The notes beneath the pieces are model-generated. The model was not told the DNA's origin. It saw nothing but the letters and a program-made list of their open reading frames with translations, and did not search any database. A DNA stretch of 63,990 nt, filler included, from Porpidia crustulata (lineage: Eukaryota), in NCBI GenBank assembly GCA_964255105.1. It is 4 parts of 4 records of this genome, joined end to end, with 100 filler letters (N's around TTAATTAATTAA, not from the genome) between each part and the next. Parts side by side here need not be neighbours in the genome. Positions count along the whole stretch, not along the records: positions 48,522 to 63,990 come from CAXUWE010000307.1; 3 more parts are not named here. The stretch is one strand, 5' to 3'. The position numbers and the translations under genes were made by a program. The number at the start of each line of letters is the position of its first letter. Positions within the stretch are counted from its first letter, which is position 1. Of this stretch, positions 60,860 through 63,990 are shown in pieces.

Positions 60860-63504
60860 AGATACATATGAGAATTGGCACCGACCAACGAATCATCAAT
60901 GTAGGTTCATAAGGTACATCTCCGCCATTTCTACATCAGATACTCATGAGATCCAGACACTAATTAAGGACCGGTCATGTAACGCCTTTTACATTATTCT
61001 TATCGCGGCTATCATGAGTGGCGCTTCGGTCTTAGATACGGTCTCGACGTTTACGATTAGTGTCTTCGGCATCTCTGACGGGTCTTCTACAAAACATTGA
61101 CAGCGTTCAGCATTGTATGGTCGTGTTACTGAAATAGCGTGCGCATTGTAGTCACTTTGGTGGTTTTCTCATAGAACAGGTCGGAAAGACTTCTGCTCTT
61201 CAATCGTCGACGCACTACGATACACCTTCGTGGTTTCTGTCGCCCTCCCCGGCATCTCTAGAGGGTAACATTGGGTGAGGTAAGCTTGACAGAATCTAGC
61301 AGCCTCTCAGCGGATTGAGTCATTCCGATGTCAGACGGATACAAGAATAACTCTGTTCTTTAGCTAGAGTCCCAGACAGCGAATGCCTATATATTGGTCT
61401 ATCTCGAAGCTTTTTTCTTTTTAATTTTCTTTGTCGTGCTTTCTCGCCCGCAATCCCTTCTCTGCCTCCTATTACAGCCTACCAGCTTGCAACCTACATC
61501 AAGCCCAATCTCAGGCACGTATTTTGAACTTTCTAGAAAGACAACTCCTTGTATTTGAGAACTTTATACCGTTACAATATTCATAGAAGGACTCTACTGA
61601 CGTCTAGGATGCTACAGCCAGCGATTCCGATTAAAAAAAATCATATCAGTTATTCCGAAAATTCCACTATGAGCTTGATAGGCGGACTGGAGACGAGTCT
61701 GCAAAATTTTTATGACCTTTTATCATTAACCTTCACAAACTCGATCAGCGATCATCGTCTGGACCGCACTCTCTTCACTTGTTTTCTACTCAGGTCGTCT
61801 CTCCCTCTTTGTATTGACTAAAAAAACAAAAACGCAATACAGTACCGAAAGTGGTGCGTGTAGTGATCGTTGTTGAGCCACATTCGCCGACAAAGGCTTC
61901 TCGAAAGCGGACATCCCTCCGTTATCCCCTCGCACAGATTGTACGTTTCGGCAGAAGGCCTCAGTCCATGACAGGACACCTTTTCTTTCTAAAAGAGCTA
62001 CTATCGAAGTACTCACCAATCTCCCGCAAGAATACCAAATGATTAACATCAGAAGAGTATACTTTAATCGGATACGAAGCATCGTCAATCATGGTCAAAT
62101 ATAGCAGCACTAACACGAAATAAGACATATCCAGCTTCACGAAGCTCGGATCCGCTCAGTCCTTCGCACAGAGTCACGCAGTTGCTCTTCACACAACATG
62201 TTTCTCTACCGACGACCCGTCTGTGCCTTAGGCCATTGTTACAGTAAGACCAAACTCGTGGAGCTCTATGAAGTAGCCGATGGGACAGGAATATTGTGTG
62301 GACAATCTGCAGCAAGCGACAACATCAAGGCGAACCTAATGAGCATCTTTGCCAGAAGCAAAAGCTCAAAGCGGACTTGATTGAAAACTGCGACGATTCC
62401 ACAAGGTGATTTTCGTTAAGAGAAATTTAGGCAAAGTAGGTATTACAGGAGCAGTGAAAAGGGGAAGTGTGTTACAGATGCGGTTGTGTCGGATTTCGTT
62501 ATTCTTTTGTATCCATGCGATTACTCTAATGATTTCATTTATTATTAACACAATGCGCGTCTCCTTTATCTCCTAAGAATGACTCTATCCGTTAGTCTAC
62601 ATATCAGATTTCTACGATTGATTTACTAGTTCTTTTTCGTAGGGTTTCTATTAGTGGCGTTAAAGCTCACTACTCCGTGAACAGAATCGCAGTCACTCGT
62701 CCCCGAAAACAGTCATCAAGCTATCATTTTCCTCACCGCCAACGCATACCGCCTTTTGCCATGAGTCCCGACAGAATCATGCCCCTAAGCCAAATGACTT
62801 CTCAAGCGAAATACTAAATGCGGTCCGAGATCTACCCGCAGCAAACACCCGTTTCAATTCACTGCCCACAACCATCCGAACAGATTGTTCCAAGCAATTG
62901 TTCGGATACCAGATCTCAGATCTCAATAGTGGCGCAAATAGGTCGTTTTAGTGGGAAGCCAGCGAGGTTGTACAGACGGGCGTGTGATGGATGAGTCTTT
63001 GGAGAGGGAGATATTCACGACATGGGCAGTGATAGGGGGAAGGGGGTAGAGGGTATAAAAGGGAGGTTGAGAATGGATTCTTTGCTATTATTCACAAAGC
63101 TTCAGAATCAAAGAATAGGAGGAAACCAACGATCTCCACGATACCTCTATATATCGAGAAAACGCAGTATCACAAGACAGCAGACAGAAGCAAGACAACA
63201 AGCACTATCAAGACAGCAGAGACCAGCCAACGAGCCCATACCGTCAGGGCAACAAACGACACGGAGATCGATATACAACAAGTCAAGTCAGCCCACAACG
63301 GCCCCCCAAACATCCCAGATCAAACACCGCAAACACCGGCCTTCTCGATCCCTACAATCATCATCTATCGTCCATCCAAAGTGCTACTTAAAACACTTGA
63401 ATCCAACAGTCCTCACCACCAAGGTACCTTCTTACCCACCATCCCCTCCCTTATTCGCTTCATCCCCAGCTCTATATACTTACCCTTTTTTTCCCCTTCA
63501 AAAG

Positions 63505-63990
63505 ATGTGCATCCACCACTTCCATCGCCACTCCCCCTGCGGCCATCTCACCGTCTGCCCCGACCTAACCGCCATCTCGCACTGCAAGCGGGTAAAACTC
63601 TGGTTCGATGCGTACAACAAACAACACCGCTGCGATCCGTCGTCCCCGAGCTTCTCCATCCCAACGGTTGAGATGCCGAAGGTTTGCCGGGTTGACTGGG
63701 GGAATGTGTACGCAATGGATATGGAAGTCCCGGTTAATGGAAAGGGGAAATGCGGAGAAAGCGCAAGAGGGCAGGTGCCTGATGTAGGCATATGGAGGCA
63801 GCCCCATCCAGCGTGCCCACTCCTTGAGGATGAGAAAGCCATCGCCACACCGAAGCCAAACTTAGGCCACTCGGGGAACGTCATCATCCACGCGCTTCAG
63901 TATAGCTGTGGAGCCGAATGTGCCCAGAACCAACGATACCAAGACCCCTCCACCTTCCACAACCACAACAAAATCCAAAACCCCCAACTC
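63505..63990 (+). CDS. Second MC..CGH-type protein, open to the window end
   Basis: MCIHHFHRHSPCGH...HC...VC...KCGES; 162 codons with no stop (absent from the ORF track). TATAAAA at ~63054 upstream. Confidence 0.6.
   Translation, partial: MCIHHFHRHSPCGHLTVCPDLTAISHCKRVKLWFDAYNKQHRCDPSSPSFSIPTVEMPKVCRVDWGNVYAMDMEVPVNGKGKCGESARGQVPDVGIWRQPHPACPLLEDEKAIATPKPNLGHSGNVIIHALQYSCGAECAQNQRYQDPSTFHNHNKIQNPQL

Noticed and set aside
1..63990. CRISPR arrays, rRNA or tRNA genes
   Set aside because: No repeat-spacer arrays, rRNA-like sequence or cloverleaf motifs noticed by eye; tRNAscan-SE and Infernal were not run.

Overview
Eukaryotic DNA from a filamentous ascomycete (Pezizomycotina; a lichen-forming lineage is possible but only inferred). 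It has GT-AG introns with CTRAC-type branch points and widespread RIP-like decay. The window is four unrelated ~16-kb contigs joined by artificial 100-bp N44-TTAATTAATTAA-N44 spacers (16107-16206, 32298-32397, 48422-48521). Contig 1 holds a HeLo-like/ankyrin gene, a Sec7-PH Arf-GEF, a decayed gene and a secreted Cys-rich protein with an internal domain duplication. Contig 2 is an accessory region where every recognisable gene is damaged. It carries a compact four-gene cluster: an MFS transporter, a CE16/GDSL esterase split by an inversion, a GPP1-like HAD phosphatase, and an intronless ~868-codon APH-type kinase fused to a fucose-1-P guanylyltransferase-like domain. It also has a solo LTR, a TIR element and 150-bp direct repeats. 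Contig 3 holds core genes: a Hcm1/Sep1 forkhead factor, aspartokinase with a 5-nt micro-exon, Bur1 CDK, a SAM methyltransferase, a NIF-family HAD protein and RRP36. Contig 4 holds a DHA1 MFS transporter, a 128-bp MITE with TTAGGG repeats, an atypical NLR-like gene, NDUFAF3, a Utr2/Crh GH16 and two small MC..CGH proteins. The best candidate for an undescribed system is the kinase-nucleotidyltransferase cluster in contig 2. All family calls are by-eye motif recognition; no searches were run.
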